Virus record (IMG/VR): IMGVR_UViG_3300021339_000001
Coordinates: 1-62,677 of that record
Strand: one strand, 5' to 3'
Length of the DNA: 62,677 nt
Origin: a virus
In this document: positions 18,150 to 27,515 of the stretch, piece by piece
Layout: each line of letters begins with the position of its first letter
Position numbering within the stretch: the stretch's first letter is position 1
Notes under the pieces: generated by a model
What the model was told of the DNA's origin: nothing
The model's input: only the letters and a program-made list of their open reading frames with translations
Database searches by the model: none
Program-made: the position numbers and the translations under genes

Positions 18150-19297
18150 CGACGCCGCTGTTCTTTTCGGCACCACCAGATGACTTTCAGCCGACCACGT
18201 ACACGGTCTTGGTGGGTGAGGTTCGTTCGGGTAAGGTTTACACCGAGTTGCCGATATTTGACGGTGGCGCCAGTATGCAACTCAATCGCGGTGGCGACAT
18301 ATCGGTCCGCGTCAAGTGGGATGCTGATCTCGGCATTTCACTGCAAGATCTCAAATCCCGGTCGACGCCGGGTCGTATGTTCTTAGCTCTCGTGAACGAC
18401 TTTCACATCGTCGAAGCTGGCCCAATTTGGCGTAGGACGTGCACATCCGACGGCGTCCTGACGATTGGAGCGAATGGCTTATGGAGCCTGTTCTACCGCC
18501 GTGGAATGTGGAACACCGGCATCTTCAACCTGCAAGAAGCGGCCGCCGACGTCGACATGACGGGACTGTCCGATCACGGGATCATCAACGAGATGGTGTA
18601 CACCGCCTACAGTCACGGCGCGTTCCCGTACTCGTTCACGATCGCGGCCGCTGGTTCGTCCACCGAGGTGTATCCCGGATGGGAGTTGGCGTCGGTCGGC
18701 GAACGACTGGAGCAGTTCACGGCTCGTGGTCCTGACACGCTGATCACAGCGCAGTTCACCGACACGTCACGAGAGCAGATCAAGTGGGTCGTGAACGTAG
18801 GTGATCCGTACCTGGAGCAGGTCGGTATCGATCACGTGTGGGACATTCCAGGCCCAGATGTTCTCGATGTGTCGATCGAGGAAGAGGGAACGAACCTGGC
18901 GTCAACCGTGTTCGTCAAGGGTGACGGTCAGGAACGCGGAACAATCATTGGGCGCGCGACCAACACGAGTTTGACCGACAACGGATATCCAGTTCTCCAT
19001 AAGGTCATCAGCGATCACATGTCCGTTCGTGACCCAAACACGGCCACAGAGTACGCACAGGCGTACGTGAACGACTACGCGTACGGTAAGGCGAATGAGC
19101 TGTGGACCGTACGCGTTCGCGCCAACGGTGAGGTTCCCCTGTACTCGATTCGGCCAGGTAACCGGGTGCGATTCGCCGTGGGTCCGAATCACTGGATCTC
19201 GGAAGGTGAGTACGTTCGTCGGATTACCGGTTACACACTTCAATGCCGTGACGATACGTTGGACCTCGACATCGCACCGCATTGGAGTGAGCAATGA
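18146..19297 (+). CDS. Minor tail protein
   Basis: ORF 18110..19297 trimmed to GTG18146 (GTGA overlap). Confidence 0.7.
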   Translation: MTTPLFFSAPPDDFQPTTYTVLVGEVRSGKVYTELPIFDGGASMQLNRGGDISVRVKWDADLGISLQDLKSRSTPGRMFLALVNDFHIVEAGPIWRRTCTSDGVLTIGANGLWSLFYRRGMWNTGIFNLQEAAADVDMTGLSDHGIINEMVYTAYSHGAFPYSFTIAAAGSSTEVYPGWELASVGERLEQFTARGPDTLITAQFTDTSREQIKWVVNVGDPYLEQVGIDHVWDIPGPDVLDVSIEEEGTNLASTVFVKGDGQERGTIIGRATNTSLTDNGYPVLHKVISDHMSVRDPNTATEYAQAYVNDYAYGKANELWTVRVRANGEVPLYSIRPGNRVRFAVGPNHWISEGEYVRRITGYTLQCRDDTLDLDIAPHWSEQ

Positions 19298-20055
19298 AAT
19301 ACCCAGGAACCGCTGGCGAGGTGGTCGAGCTTATCGGATCGTTGGCCGGTCGGATCGCAGAGAGTGCGCGTAAGACTCTCTACTCCGCGATCATCGGTCG
19401 TGGTGGACTGGAGATCCGCGAGAATGGGTTCTTTCAGCTCGTCACCCCATCGGGCACGCGGGTGTTCTACGTGGGACCATATGGTCCCAACCGGCCGGAC
19501 GGTCAACCACAACAGTCGGTCGTGGTTCGTCGTGATGATGGAACGTTGGCGTTCGACATCCTGGACGGTGATCCGTTCGGCGGAAGTCCGCCCTACGCGC
19601 AATATTGGGCGTTCTACGACCGCACCGGTAACATCATCTTCGGCGACGATCGCGACTCGGGAGTAGGTCTCGCTCGTCCTTATCTGAGCACGCCGCTGTT
19701 TGCGTCAAGTTACACTCGGATGCCCGGTGCGACCGGCATCGTAGGTGACAACTTGATCTGTGACACTGGTTTCCAGTTCAAGCAACATCCGACGAACACA
19801 GTGTGGCTTCGTTGGATCACGAGCGACGTCGGAACCACCGGTAGCATCAGCATCTATCTCCACGAACCCGCCGTGGGAGGCGCTACGCTGATCGCGACAC
19901 GTTCAGCCGCGTACGCGTACGTGGACGAGTACTTCACGTTCAGTCTGGCCGGTCCGCATATGTCACAATACAAGATCTACGTCGAAGGCACTCGAACCGC
20001 AGGAACGGGTGCGATCTGCGCGACCGGATTTGTCGCGATGAAACAGAGTTTCTAG
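19294..20055 (+). CDS. Minor tail protein
   Basis: ATGA overlap with the upstream gene. Confidence 0.65.
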   Translation: MKYPGTAGEVVELIGSLAGRIAESARKTLYSAIIGRGGLEIRENGFFQLVTPSGTRVFYVGPYGPNRPDGQPQQSVVVRRDDGTLAFDILDGDPFGGSPPYAQYWAFYDRTGNIIFGDDRDSGVGLARPYLSTPLFASSYTRMPGATGIVGDNLICDTGFQFKQHPTNTVWLRWITSDVGTTGSISIYLHEPAVGGATLIATRSAAYAYVDEYFTFSLAGPHMSQYKIYVEGTRTAGTGAICATGFVAMKQSF

Positions 20056-20063
20056 GAGGCGCT

Positions 20064-20222
20064 ATGGCCCCGGATCCACCACCTATTCCGGCGCCGACGT
20101 TGCCCTATCCGGCATTTCCATGTCGGGGTGAGTCAGTTGACGAAGACGGACAGATCGTGATTCGAGAGCAACAGCCGTACCCAGTCGTCCATCCGACGAG
20201 TGAGGTGACACGTGGCCTATAA
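20064..20222 (+). CDS. Small Pro-rich hypothetical protein (52 aa)
   Basis: Hand translation MAPDPPPIPAPTLPYPAF.... Strong aggagg RBS 5 nt upstream. Confidence 0.45.
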   Translation: MAPDPPPIPAPTLPYPAFPCRGESVDEDGQIVIREQQPYPVVHPTSEVTRGL

Positions 20223-21135
20223 GTCGGATCCTCGTGGTGCAGCTCCGGTGCGACTGATCGCCGTCCACACGGGCGAAGGCGCACGCACCGCGGTCAATCT
20301 TGCCGCATTCTTTTCACGTGATGACGCTGAGGGCTCAGCGCACGCGGGAATCGACTACGCGACGACCCTTCTCATGGTCCCCTACAATCGTGCGTCGTGG
20401 ACACTACGCAGAGGCAACGCGATCTCGGACAACGTGGAGTTGTGTGCGTTCGCTGAGATGACACGGGCGCAGTGGTTGTCGGAAGAATCTGTCACGTGGC
20501 GTCATAGTACTCTCAAGCGAAATGTCACGGTTGATCGTCCACGTGATATGCTGCGTCGCACCTCGGCGTGGATAGCTGGACGGTGCTTAGCGCGAAACAT
20601 ACCGATCCGTAAGCTGACTCCAGCGCAGGTGAGCGCGGGTTGGGCTGGTGTTATCGGTCATGTCGACTGGACCGAAGGCATGAATGATGGGACCCACTGG
20701 GATCCGGGCCCAAACTTCCCCTGGGACATCGTACTTGCGGATGCTCGATCGATCGCACAAGGAGACGACATGCCGTTAACCAAGGAAGATCTTAGTGCCA
20801 TCGCTGGTGCGGTCTGGGGGATGCAACTTGGTAACGGTCATGCCCAGGCAAATATGACCGTGACCAACTCGAACACATGGGAGATCAAGGGTCAACTTTC
20901 GACTCTCAACGTCAAGATGGAATCGCTGGCCGGCAAGTTGGACGATCGCGAGGCGAAGTTCATCGTCGCTGTCCGTGAGATCGTCGCCGCCGACGCCGAC
21001 GATGACGTTGTCGTAGGCCCTGAGCATATCGCTGCGCTCGTCGACGCTATGACCGCTGCGCTGCCTGAGCATCTCCGACCGATCGTCGTCGCGGGTGTCG
21101 CAGAGGTCTTACGTCGAGGTGTCGACGAGGAGTGA
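20212..21135 (+). CDS. Endolysin, N-acetylmuramoyl-L-alanine amidase (Amidase_2/PGRP-like)
   Basis: Motifs IAVHTGEG, HAGID, GHVDWTEG and THWDPGPNFPWD. Confidence 0.85.
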   Translation: MAYKSDPRGAAPVRLIAVHTGEGARTAVNLAAFFSRDDAEGSAHAGIDYATTLLMVPYNRASWTLRRGNAISDNVELCAFAEMTRAQWLSEESVTWRHSTLKRNVTVDRPRDMLRRTSAWIAGRCLARNIPIRKLTPAQVSAGWAGVIGHVDWTEGMNDGTHWDPGPNFPWDIVLADARSIAQGDDMPLTKEDLSAIAGAVWGMQLGNGHAQANMTVTNSNTWEIKGQLSTLNVKMESLAGKLDDREAKFIVAVREIVAADADDDVVVGPEHIAALVDAMTAALPEHLRPIVVAGVAEVLRRGVDEE

Positions 21136-21425
21136 TCAATCTTCTCGTGGTCATGACATACGCACAAGAGTCGTCGTCCGCGCTACTGCCCTCCACCGAG
21201 CTAATCGGGACAGGCGGTTCGGTCGCACTCTTGGGCGCCGTTGTCATGATGATCTTTACCGGTCGACTAGTTCCACGAAGCGCGCTACTGGACGCGCAAG
21301 CGGAACGTGACAAGTGGGCCGAAGTGGCGCGAGCTGCCATAGCACAGAACAACCAGTTGCTAACCGCGACTCGGGTGACAAGTGACGTGCTACGGGCGTT
21401 GCCAGATTTGAATGAGACATCATGA
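21132..21425 (+). CDS. Membrane protein, holin candidate
   Basis: TM segment GGSVALLGAVVMMIFTG, then a helical tail. Adjacent to the endolysin. Confidence 0.6.
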   Translation: MINLLVVMTYAQESSSALLPSTELIGTGGSVALLGAVVMMIFTGRLVPRSALLDAQAERDKWAEVARAAIAQNNQLLTATRVTSDVLRALPDLNETS

Positions 21426-21610
21426 AATGGCCGTGGAGTCGTAACGACGGCGGTTGCAGTGAAACCGACGAAGCCGACGCGCACTTGGCTCGGATTCACA
21501 ATCAACAAAATGAGGTGAATAAGCTCACATCTGACCTAGAAGGTGCACAACGTCGCAATCACTTCTCTGAGATGGTCGAGATCGCGTTCATACGGAAGAG
21601 GGAAGTGTGA
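21422..21610 (+). CDS. Hypothetical protein
   Basis: ATGA overlap with the upstream gene. Confidence 0.5.
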   Translation: MKWPWSRNDGGCSETDEADAHLARIHNQQNEVNKLTSDLEGAQRRNHFSEMVEIAFIRKREV

Positions 21611-22062
21611 TGCAAGCCATTAGTAACCTGTTGCTCTATTGGGCAGCCCTGGTAGGCATTGCGTCTGCGATATTCCATATGACGGGTCCGTGGTGGACTT
21701 CGCCGATGGGTCGACATCTCGCGGCATATATGTGGGCACTCGCACTGGTATTGTGTCTGGTGGGGATCCGAAACCTTCTAGGTCCTTTTCCTGGTTATCA
21801 GGTGATGCGGATCGTGGTCTTTGCCGCAATACCCATTGTTATGACGAGACAGTTGTGGCTCCAGATCAAGTTTCGTTACTTGAATGTTCGGATCATTCAT
21901 GAAAGGATCGCATCAATGACGAACCCGGCCGACGACGCTGCGAGTGCGACCACGCATGCGCACGAAGGATTCGGCGAAGAGAGCGACGACGCCGACGTGC
22001 GCGAGGTCGTAGAAGCCAACACCAAGGAGGGCTCCGATGGAGACCTTGGTCACGATCGATGA
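21607..22062 (+). CDS. Multi-pass membrane protein
   Basis: About four hydrophobic segments and an acidic C-terminus. Confidence 0.65.
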   Translation: MMQAISNLLLYWAALVGIASAIFHMTGPWWTSPMGRHLAAYMWALALVLCLVGIRNLLGPFPGYQVMRIVVFAAIPIVMTRQLWLQIKFRYLNVRIIHERIASMTNPADDAASATTHAHEGFGEESDDADVREVVEANTKEGSDGDLGHDR

Positions 22063-22384
22063 GTTGTGGTTGACGTTCTTGGTCGCCACCGTGTTACCCA
22101 TGATCACCGCGTTGTTCAAGCAGCAGTTCGCGGCGAGCTGGTGGGGATCGTTGATCCTCCTCGCGTTGTCCGTCGTCAGCGGCTGGCTGACGTCGCTCTA
22201 TGCAACGGGCGGCGTGTTCGAACTACGCGCGACGCTGATCGCCGTGATGATCTCATTCATCACGGCTGTAGGTTTCCACTTCGGGCTGCTCAAGCCCGCC
22301 GGTCTGACCGGCGACAGCGGCGTGATCCAACGCGCTGTGCCCGTAGGCTTAGGATCTAACCAGCGAGGGCCAGACCCAGCATAA
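22037..22384 (+). CDS. Membrane protein (holin-like)
   Basis: aaggaggg RBS; three hydrophobic segments. Last gene of the plus-strand arm. Confidence 0.65.
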   Translation: METLVTIDELWLTFLVATVLPMITALFKQQFAASWWGSLILLALSVVSGWLTSLYATGGVFELRATLIAVMISFITAVGFHFGLLKPAGLTGDSGVIQRAVPVGLGSNQRGPDPA

Positions 22385-22580
22385 ACCCACACAACAGACA
22401 CACGATGATGATTGTCACGATCGCGCAGACGACACGAAATCCAAGTGAGATCTCGTGATCCAACTCGTCGTAGGTGTCACGGATAGGTACCGCAGCGGCG
22501 CGTTCCTCCACCGTGAATCGACGTCGTGCGTTAGGACGCGATGGGTTGTCGTCGGTGCGCCCAGCGGACTCACCCAGCAT
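22356..22580 (-). CDS. Small membrane protein (74 aa)
   Basis: ORF 22356..22700 trimmed to ATG22580, coupled to the upstream stop (TGATG). C-terminal TM VVCAIVTIIIVCLLCGFMLGLALAG. Confidence 0.5.
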   Translation of the reverse strand: MLGESAGRTDDNPSRPNARRRFTVEERAAAVPIRDTYDELDHEISLGFRVVCAIVTIIIVCLLCGFMLGLALAG

Positions 22581-22867
22581 CAGCCAACACCAGCGACAAC
22601 GCCGAGACTGGCGAGCCACGCGGTGACGAGAGCTAGCACGATCCGCGCCTTGCGCTCCAGACCGGCGCGTACAGACGGGTTCGCTAGCGCCGCTGAGCAC
22701 CCAACGGCGCCTCCACTGGCCCGCCGACGCGCTGGCGGGTCAGTGGGTACTGCCATAGCGTTGACGAGGAACCAGATGACCACCACGTTGGCGAACGAAC
22801 GCGCGTGATCGCGCCAACGCGGGTCATCAACGTGACGTGAACGATGTGTGTAGTTTCTCATGATCAT
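22580..22867 (-). CDS. Hypothetical membrane protein
   Basis: ORF 22580..22939 trimmed to the MIMRNY start after the gaaagga RBS. Confidence 0.5.
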   Translation of the reverse strand: MIMRNYTHRSRHVDDPRWRDHARSFANVVVIWFLVNAMAVPTDPPARRRASGGAVGCSAALANPSVRAGLERKARIVLALVTAWLASLGVVAGVG

Positions 22868-22885
22868 CCTTTCGTTACGTGACAC

Positions 22886-22920
22886 GAAAACGACGCGGGT
22901 GCCGGTGGCGCCCGCGTCGT
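22886..22920 (-). terminator. Intrinsic terminator downstream of 22936..23649
   Basis: 10-bp stem acgacgcggg / cccgcgtcgt, followed on the minus strand by tttt. Confidence 0.65.
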
Positions 22921-22935
22921 TGGTTTTCGAATTGA

Positions 22936-23649
22936 TCATCGCACCGCCGCGCGAGTCGTGCTGCCAGCGCGCGGTGCGTTGACGTCGGCGTTACGGCCAG
23001 CCGCCTTGCCCTGCGCCACCGCGTCCGCGGCCATGCGCTGCGCCTTGCTCAGCTTGGTGCGCATATTCTCGCGCACCCACTGCTCGGCCAACTTCTTGCG
23101 GTCGAACAGGACCAACGCCGCACCCGGCGTGTCGTCCACGACGGTCTGACGCTGGATGCGAATGCGCTCCGCAGCGCCGACGCCGAAGGCGTTGATGAAC
23201 GAACGACGGGCGACGAACTTGTCCATCGCCGTGAGACCCGTCTTGTCGTAGGCCTTCCACCACGCCGACATCGCGTTGTCGCACTGGACCCGCAGCGAGT
23301 CGATGAGCTGTTTGGCGTCCAGCGCGTCGGTCTCGAACCCGACGATCGCGAGGCCCCATGAGGTCTTGCTGCCCATGTTCAACCGGATGCCGACGAGGTC
23401 GAACGCACCTGCGACGTAGGCGCCCATTCCAGCCCAGGACTCGGAGTAGATCGTGGTGAAGTGGACGTCGACACGAACGACGTTCTCGCCACTTGGTGCA
23501 GCGTCGTCGATCATCGCGCGGCTGATCGAGTGCTTGATCATCAGCTCCTGGGCGCGCTCGGTGTACGCCAGTCGCTCGACCTCGCTCGTGTTGGGGTGCT
23601 CGGCCTGCGCGAGCAGTCCGGCGATCCGCTGCCTCAGCTTGTCGTCCAT
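22936..23649 (-). CDS. DUF2786-like hypothetical protein
   Basis: N-terminal RIAGLLAQAEHPNTSEVERLAYTERAQELMIKH pattern. Confidence 0.7.
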   Translation of the reverse strand: MDDKLRQRIAGLLAQAEHPNTSEVERLAYTERAQELMIKHSISRAMIDDAAPSGENVVRVDVHFTTIYSESWAGMGAYVAGAFDLVGIRLNMGSKTSWGLAIVGFETDALDAKQLIDSLRVQCDNAMSAWWKAYDKTGLTAMDKFVARRSFINAFGVGAAERIRIQRQTVVDDTPGAALVLFDRKKLAEQWVRENMRTKLSKAQRMAADAVAQGKAAGRNADVNAPRAGSTTRAAVR

Positions 23650-23689
23650 CTTCGGTCCCTTCGTCGCTGCGTCGTTCGTTGCCAGGACG

Positions 23690-23718
23690 ACGTTAGCCTA
23701 GCTGCACGATCGTGTCAA
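23690..23718 (-). promoter_or_regulatory. Early promoter P1 (TTGACA-N17-TAACGT)
   Basis: Plus strand reads acgtta...tgtcaa. A 33-bp block is identical to the promoter at 28395..28423. Confidence 0.75.
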
Positions 23719-23951
23719 ATCGCCTCACGGGGAAACGTGACGTGTCGATCATCACCGTCGAACTCGCCCCAGACGTCGAGGTCGCACGCGAGGTTGGTGC
23801 ACGTCAGGTGGGGTCGCCGACGCATCGGTGTCTTGAGCTGCACGCCCGCCAGCGACCACGTGCCGAGCGGTGACGCCCACCAGTCGATCGTGACGACTAG
23901 TGATCCCGGCGGTGCGTGACATTTGGGACATGAGATATCGTGCGGTTTCAC
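23715..23951 (-). CDS. Hypothetical protein (Cys-rich, Zn-ribbon-like)
   Basis: CPKCH...C...C pattern. Confidence 0.6.
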   Translation of the reverse strand: MKPHDISCPKCHAPPGSLVVTIDWWASPLGTWSLAGVQLKTPMRRRPHLTCTNLACDLDVWGEFDGDDRHVTFPREAI

Positions 23952-24037
23952 CTGTCCCTTGACCGCACCATCGCGACGAACATGATCGTTGCGCAGATGG
24001 CGAACACGATGGCGAACGTCGCCTCAGGCCAACTCAT
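23948..24037 (-). CDS. Small membrane peptide (29 aa)
   Basis: ORF 23948..24133 trimmed to ATG24037, ATGA-coupled to the upstream stop. Confidence 0.4.
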   Translation of the reverse strand: MSWPEATFAIVFAICATIMFVAMVRSRDR

Positions 24038-24351
24038 GACCACTCCCGTTCGATCGTGTAGCCCGTGAGAAACGCGGTCCGAAACGTCAATCGCACGTCG
24101 CGACCGAGATTGCGGTAGTCGGTTGTCAGCCACTCGTGCTGTGCGAGCATGGCGAGGAAGTTCGCCTCGATCTCCTCCACCGTGTTACCCGGTACGACGA
24201 CCGGTATGCGATCTTCGCCCGCCGCACTGACGCGCAGCACGTAGCGAGGCCGTCGGATGTGTCCTGGTCGATCGCCGGATCGTGATCCGTTTCGACGCCT
24301 GGGCTTGAACATCATCTCGAAGAATGATGGACGTGGGTCAGAGATGTCCAC
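24034..24351 (-). CDS. Hypothetical protein
   Basis: aaggag RBS with GTG start. Confidence 0.6.
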   Translation of the reverse strand: MDISDPRPSFFEMMFKPRRRNGSRSGDRPGHIRRPRYVLRVSAAGEDRIPVVVPGNTVEEIEANFLAMLAQHEWLTTDYRNLGRDVRLTFRTAFLTGYTIEREWS

Positions 24352-24360
24352 GATAGCTCC

Positions 24361-24483
24361 TTAGGTCACGGTGATGAACACGAGAAGCAGACCGACGAAC
24401 GTTGACACGCGGGGGTACGCCGTTAGGGCAAGCCACGTAACGGTTACGAGAGATGCGGCCCAGTCGGTCGCGACGGTGTACAC
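24361..24483 (-). CDS. Small membrane protein (40 aa)
   Basis: Hand translation VYTVATDWAASLVTVTWLALTAYPRVSTFVGLLLVFITVT. Confidence 0.35.
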   Translation of the reverse strand: MYTVATDWAASLVTVTWLALTAYPRVSTFVGLLLVFITVT

Positions 24484-24527
24484 GGTGACTCCACTTTGTC
24501 GGTTCGTCGGTGAACGCGTTCAGCCTA

Positions 24528-24800
24528 TCAGGAAACGTCAGCTTCGTCGGCGAATTTCCCACGTGAATCACGACGACGACGCGTACCCGTCGGCCAGCCG
24601 CCGCGCGATGGTCGATACCGCGCACGCCAGTCCGTCAACGCCTCTGAGTCCCACACCAGTCCACGCGTCGGTTGCTTGTCGTCGCTGCCCTTCGGCTGGC
24701 CGTCGGGGAAGCCGTTGCGTGCTCTACGGGCGTGCCAAGTATGTACCTGTTGAACGGTGACACCGAGCAGTTCAGCAGCTTGTGTTAGGTTCACGCGCAT
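24528..24800 (-). CDS. Helix-turn-helix DNA-binding protein (excisionase/MerR-like)
   Basis: N-terminal LTQAAELLGVTVQQVHTWHAR; gaggaga RBS. Confidence 0.7.
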   Translation of the reverse strand: MRVNLTQAAELLGVTVQQVHTWHARRARNGFPDGQPKGSDDKQPTRGLVWDSEALTDWRARYRPSRGGWPTGTRRRRDSRGKFADEADVS

Positions 24801-24820
24801 GTCGTTCTCCTCTCAACGCC

Positions 24821-24855
24821 AAAACGCCCCGCCCCCTGGGAGCGAGGGCGGGACG
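24821..24855 (-). terminator. Intrinsic terminator downstream of the DUF932 gene
   Basis: Stem cccgccc / gggcggg plus flanking pairs, followed on the minus strand by ttttgg. Confidence 0.65.
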
Positions 24856-24873
24856 TTCGGTCGACGTCGACGA

Positions 24874-25791
24874 TCACGCGGCGAGTAGGTGACGGGTCGC
24901 GCGATCGCGGATCCGCATCATCTCACCGTCGAAAAGGTTGATCAGCATGGTCTGCTGCGAGCGGGTCTCGCGACCGTGCTGGTAGTACTCGGTGAGCGCG
25001 TTCAGCGCGCCCCACGCGGTGCCGTTGAAGCCGACGGTCGGGGACTCGCGGTAGATGGTCTCGATCTGCTCGATCACGGTGTCCGTCGTCGGCTTGACGG
25101 GGACAACCGACGTGAGGAGTCGGTGGACGCCCTCGTCGGAGATCGGCGTGGCCATGAGTTGCGCCACCTCGGCGTCGAACGCCGCCGCGTAGTTCTGCGA
25201 CAAACGCAGCGTCTCCGCAGCCTCCATGAGACGGGTCCGGGCGTGAAGGGTGTGCGCGATGTTCCACTTGAGCTGCGCGGTCCGAGCGACGAGCGGCATG
25301 GCGTTCGTGCAGGCGATGCGGACCGGTGTCACGTAGGCGCCGATCGACTTCGCACCGTTGTGCCCGGCACGGAGCAGGAGGTACATGTCGTGCTGGTCCG
25401 CGCCGCCGACGTTGACCGTCTCCGGGAACTTCATGACCGCGAACACGATCTTGCCGTCGTTGTACGACCCGGCGTCGACGAACTTCGCGGAGCCGTCGGC
25501 CACCAGGCTGTCGGCGAACGCGAACACCTCGCGGTTCTGGAACGGCTCGTACCTGCCGCCGACGGTCCCGAACACGGTGTCGGTGTCGACGCGGACGACG
25601 GCCTTGCGGTCGCTGATCTTGATCTTGGTCTTGCCCGAGTCCTTCGTGGTGTACAGGTTGCGGAGCTCGACGTTCCAGTCGAGGTCGGCCATCTGGATCG
25701 CCTGCTCGGCGGTGACCGCCTCGTTGACGCTGGAACCCAGGCCCGCCCAGGGGAGCTTCCGGTTGGCGTTGATGTCGGTGATCGTGCTCAT
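24874..25791 (-). CDS. DUF932 (phage/plasmid-like) protein
   Basis: ORF trimmed to MSTITDINAN after the gaaggag RBS. Contains family-typical motifs (GGRYEPFQNREVF, DGKIVFAV). Confidence 0.75.
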   Translation of the reverse strand: MSTITDINANRKLPWAGLGSSVNEAVTAEQAIQMADLDWNVELRNLYTTKDSGKTKIKISDRKAVVRVDTDTVFGTVGGRYEPFQNREVFAFADSLVADGSAKFVDAGSYNDGKIVFAVMKFPETVNVGGADQHDMYLLLRAGHNGAKSIGAYVTPVRIACTNAMPLVARTAQLKWNIAHTLHARTRLMEAAETLRLSQNYAAAFDAEVAQLMATPISDEGVHRLLTSVVPVKPTTDTVIEQIETIYRESPTVGFNGTAWGALNALTEYYQHGRETRSQQTMLINLFDGEMMRIRDRATRHLLAA

Positions 25792-25829
25792 GATGTCTCC
25801 TTCGTCGGTTCGTCTGCGGTACGAGTAGA

Positions 25830-25858
25830 ACACTAGCCTAGCTAGTGAATCCTGTCAA
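25830..25858 (-). promoter_or_regulatory. Early promoter P2 (TTGACA-N17-TAGTGT)
   Basis: Plus strand reads acacta-N17-tgtcaa. Near-identical to P3. Confidence 0.75.
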
Positions 25859-25859
25859 A

Positions 25860-26030
25860 TCAGAAACGCGCGGCGAGCCAGTCGCTGCCGAAGTCGTCGC
25901 TGCCCTGGGCCAGCAGCGCAAGCCACTGGGCGTTCGACTCCCGGGCGGAGTCGGACAGTCCCTGGCTCAACTGCGCGTCGCGCAGGGCGGCGAGGTTGTC
26001 GGCGTTCTGGGCGGCGTCGCTGGCGTTCAT
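25860..26030 (-). CDS. Hypothetical protein (56 aa)
   Basis: ORF 25860..26072 trimmed to MNASDAA after the acggaga RBS. The longer start would lie upstream of the predicted TSS. Confidence 0.55.
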   Translation of the reverse strand: MNASDAAQNADNLAALRDAQLSQGLSDSARESNAQWLALLAQGSDDFGSDWLAARF

Positions 26031-26068
26031 CTGAGTCTCCGTCGGTTCGTCGTTGTGGTACGAGACAG

Positions 26069-26097
26069 ACACTAGCCTAGCTAGTGAATCCTGTCAA
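26069..26097 (-). promoter_or_regulatory. Early promoter P3 (TTGACA-N17-TAGTGT)
   Basis: Same 34-bp block as P2. Confidence 0.75.
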
Positions 26098-26098
26098 A

Positions 26099-26296
26099 TC
26101 AGTTGAAAGTAACGGCCGTCTTGGTCGCCTGATCGATCACGTGCTGGGCCATCCACTCGGAGTTGCGACCGTCGCTGCGAACCGACAGCGTGTACTCGGT
26201 GCCGTCGGTGATCAGCATCGCGACGCGCTCGATGGCGATGTTGGCGCGAGTGGTGAACGAGAGCTTGTTGCCAGTGGTGATCTCATAAGCGAACAT
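26099..26296 (-). CDS. Hypothetical protein
   Basis: gaggagc RBS upstream of ATG. Confidence 0.6.
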   Translation of the reverse strand: MFAYEITTGNKLSFTTRANIAIERVAMLITDGTEYTLSVRSDGRNSEWMAQHVIDQATKTAVTFN

Positions 26297-26338
26297 TTCG
26301 GGCTCCTCGCGTCGGTTCGTCGTCGTGCTGTAGCGCAG

Positions 26339-26367
26339 ACTCTAGCCTGCTTCGTGAACGGTGTCAA
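26339..26367 (-). promoter_or_regulatory. Early promoter P4 (TTGACA-N17-TAGAGT)
   Basis: Plus strand reads actcta-N17-tgtcaa. Confidence 0.7.
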
Positions 26368-26594
26368 ATCGCTCGCTTCGGGATCGCGACGACGCGGTCT
26401 CGGTGGACGGCTAGCAGCCGTTCGCGTCCGTAGTAGCCACCCCACACCTCGAGCCACTCAGCGCCCGTCACGGTGTTCGTCGCGCTGCATCGAAACTCGT
26501 AGACGGCGCGACGAGATCGGACACGTCGCGCCCAGTCGGCGCGAACGACGATCACGGAATCTCCGTGCGTGATCGTCTGGCCGGCGGGCGTCAC
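26364..26594 (-). CDS. Hypothetical protein
   Basis: ORF track; GTG start. Confidence 0.5.
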   Translation of the reverse strand: MTPAGQTITHGDSVIVVRADWARRVRSRRAVYEFRCSATNTVTGAEWLEVWGGYYGRERLLAVHRDRVVAIPKRAI

Positions 26595-26649
26595 GTAGGT
26601 GCCAGATCGAACGATATGGTGTCCAACGCGTCCGTTCAGCCGAACGTCA

Positions 26650-26681
26650 AAGGACGCCGCTGTGGACTCAGCGGCGTCCTT
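26650..26681 (-). terminator. 13-bp hairpin 18 nt downstream of 26699..27295 (weak U-tract)
   Basis: Stem aaggacgccgctg / cagcggcgtcctt. Confidence 0.5.
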
Positions 26682-26698
26682 GGTGTCACGACGTTCGG

Positions 26699-27295
26699 CT
26701 AGCTGGGGTCCGACGCGTCCGGCGTCGGCGCGGGCACTGGCGTCGCCGCGATCAGTTCGCGAAGAGCGACGTTGTAGGCCTCGCGCTCTTCGTCGGTCGT
26801 TCGCTTGCCGCCACGTTCGATTCGATACACCTTCGACGTGGTACTGCCCATCGCGGTCGCCAGCGCGGCGCGTGAGATGTTGGCGTTGGTGCGCGTTCGC
26901 TCCAGGTCGCTCAGCTCGTCGGGCGCCTCGGTCGTGGCGTTCTGATTCCTTGCCATGGTTGATCCTTCCGGTTGATTTGGGTCAACGCTATCAGGACCCG
27001 GGATATTGTCGTTGTGAATCCAAACACGAGCCTGCTCGCCAGTTCGCTCGCTTGTGACGAACGTCGGTGTCCACTTGTAGCTCGTAACCGGTAGTGAAAG
27101 ACCAGCTTGGGTACACAATGTGACGGTGTCGTACGCGTGACCATTCAGTGGTCCACCCTGGAAGAAGTTCAGCATCGGGTATGCTCCTTGGAACCAGTCA
27201 TGCGTCGGACGGAGACAGACGCTACACACCCACCACTCATGTTCACTCGTACCAACGTTTCGGAAGCCTTGGCGTTGACTGCATGTGCAATACAT
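26699..27295 (-). CDS. Protein with Cys-rich N-terminal half and C-terminal XRE-type HTH
   Basis: HTH segment ISRAALATAMGSTTSKVYRIERG. Start MYCTCS follows the upstream stop by 2 nt (TGAtcATG). An internal RBS plus ATG (MARNQN) could also yield a short HTH-only product. Confidence 0.65.
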   Translation of the reverse strand: MYCTCSQRQGFRNVGTSEHEWWVCSVCLRPTHDWFQGAYPMLNFFQGGPLNGHAYDTVTLCTQAGLSLPVTSYKWTPTFVTSERTGEQARVWIHNDNIPGPDSVDPNQPEGSTMARNQNATTEAPDELSDLERTRTNANISRAALATAMGSTTSKVYRIERGGKRTTDEEREAYNVALRELIAATPVPAPTPDASDPS

Positions 27296-27297
27296 GA

Positions 27298-27507
27298 TCA
27301 CACCTTCAACTTCCGAAGATGCATCGCTGCCATCCATCGATCAAGTGTGTCCTTTCCGGTGCGATATGCCTTCTGATAGTCGTTCATGCACGACTTGCAC
27401 CAGGCCTGATATCCAGCGCCGCGTCGGTAAAACGATGCACGAGGTTTATCTTCGCAGCACAAGTTACACTTCTTGACGCTCGCGACGAGCGGAATTCCGT
27501 CCATCAC
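27298..27507 (-). CDS. Hypothetical Cys-rich protein
   Basis: CNLCC...CKSC pattern. Confidence 0.55.
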   Translation of the reverse strand: MMDGIPLVASVKKCNLCCEDKPRASFYRRGAGYQAWCKSCMNDYQKAYRTGKDTLDRWMAAMHLRKLKV

Positions 27508-27515
27508 ATCACTCC

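Noticed and set aside
24889-25836. 315-aa plus-strand ORF mirroring the DUF932 gene.
   Set aside because: It has Arg/Gly/Val/Asp-rich low-complexity composition and lies opposite a gene that has a promoter, an RBS and a terminator.
26699-27337. Splitting this ORF into two genes (Cys-rich protein plus 85-aa XRE HTH).
   Set aside because: There is no stop codon between the halves. The internal RBS plus ATG is noted as a possible alternative start only.
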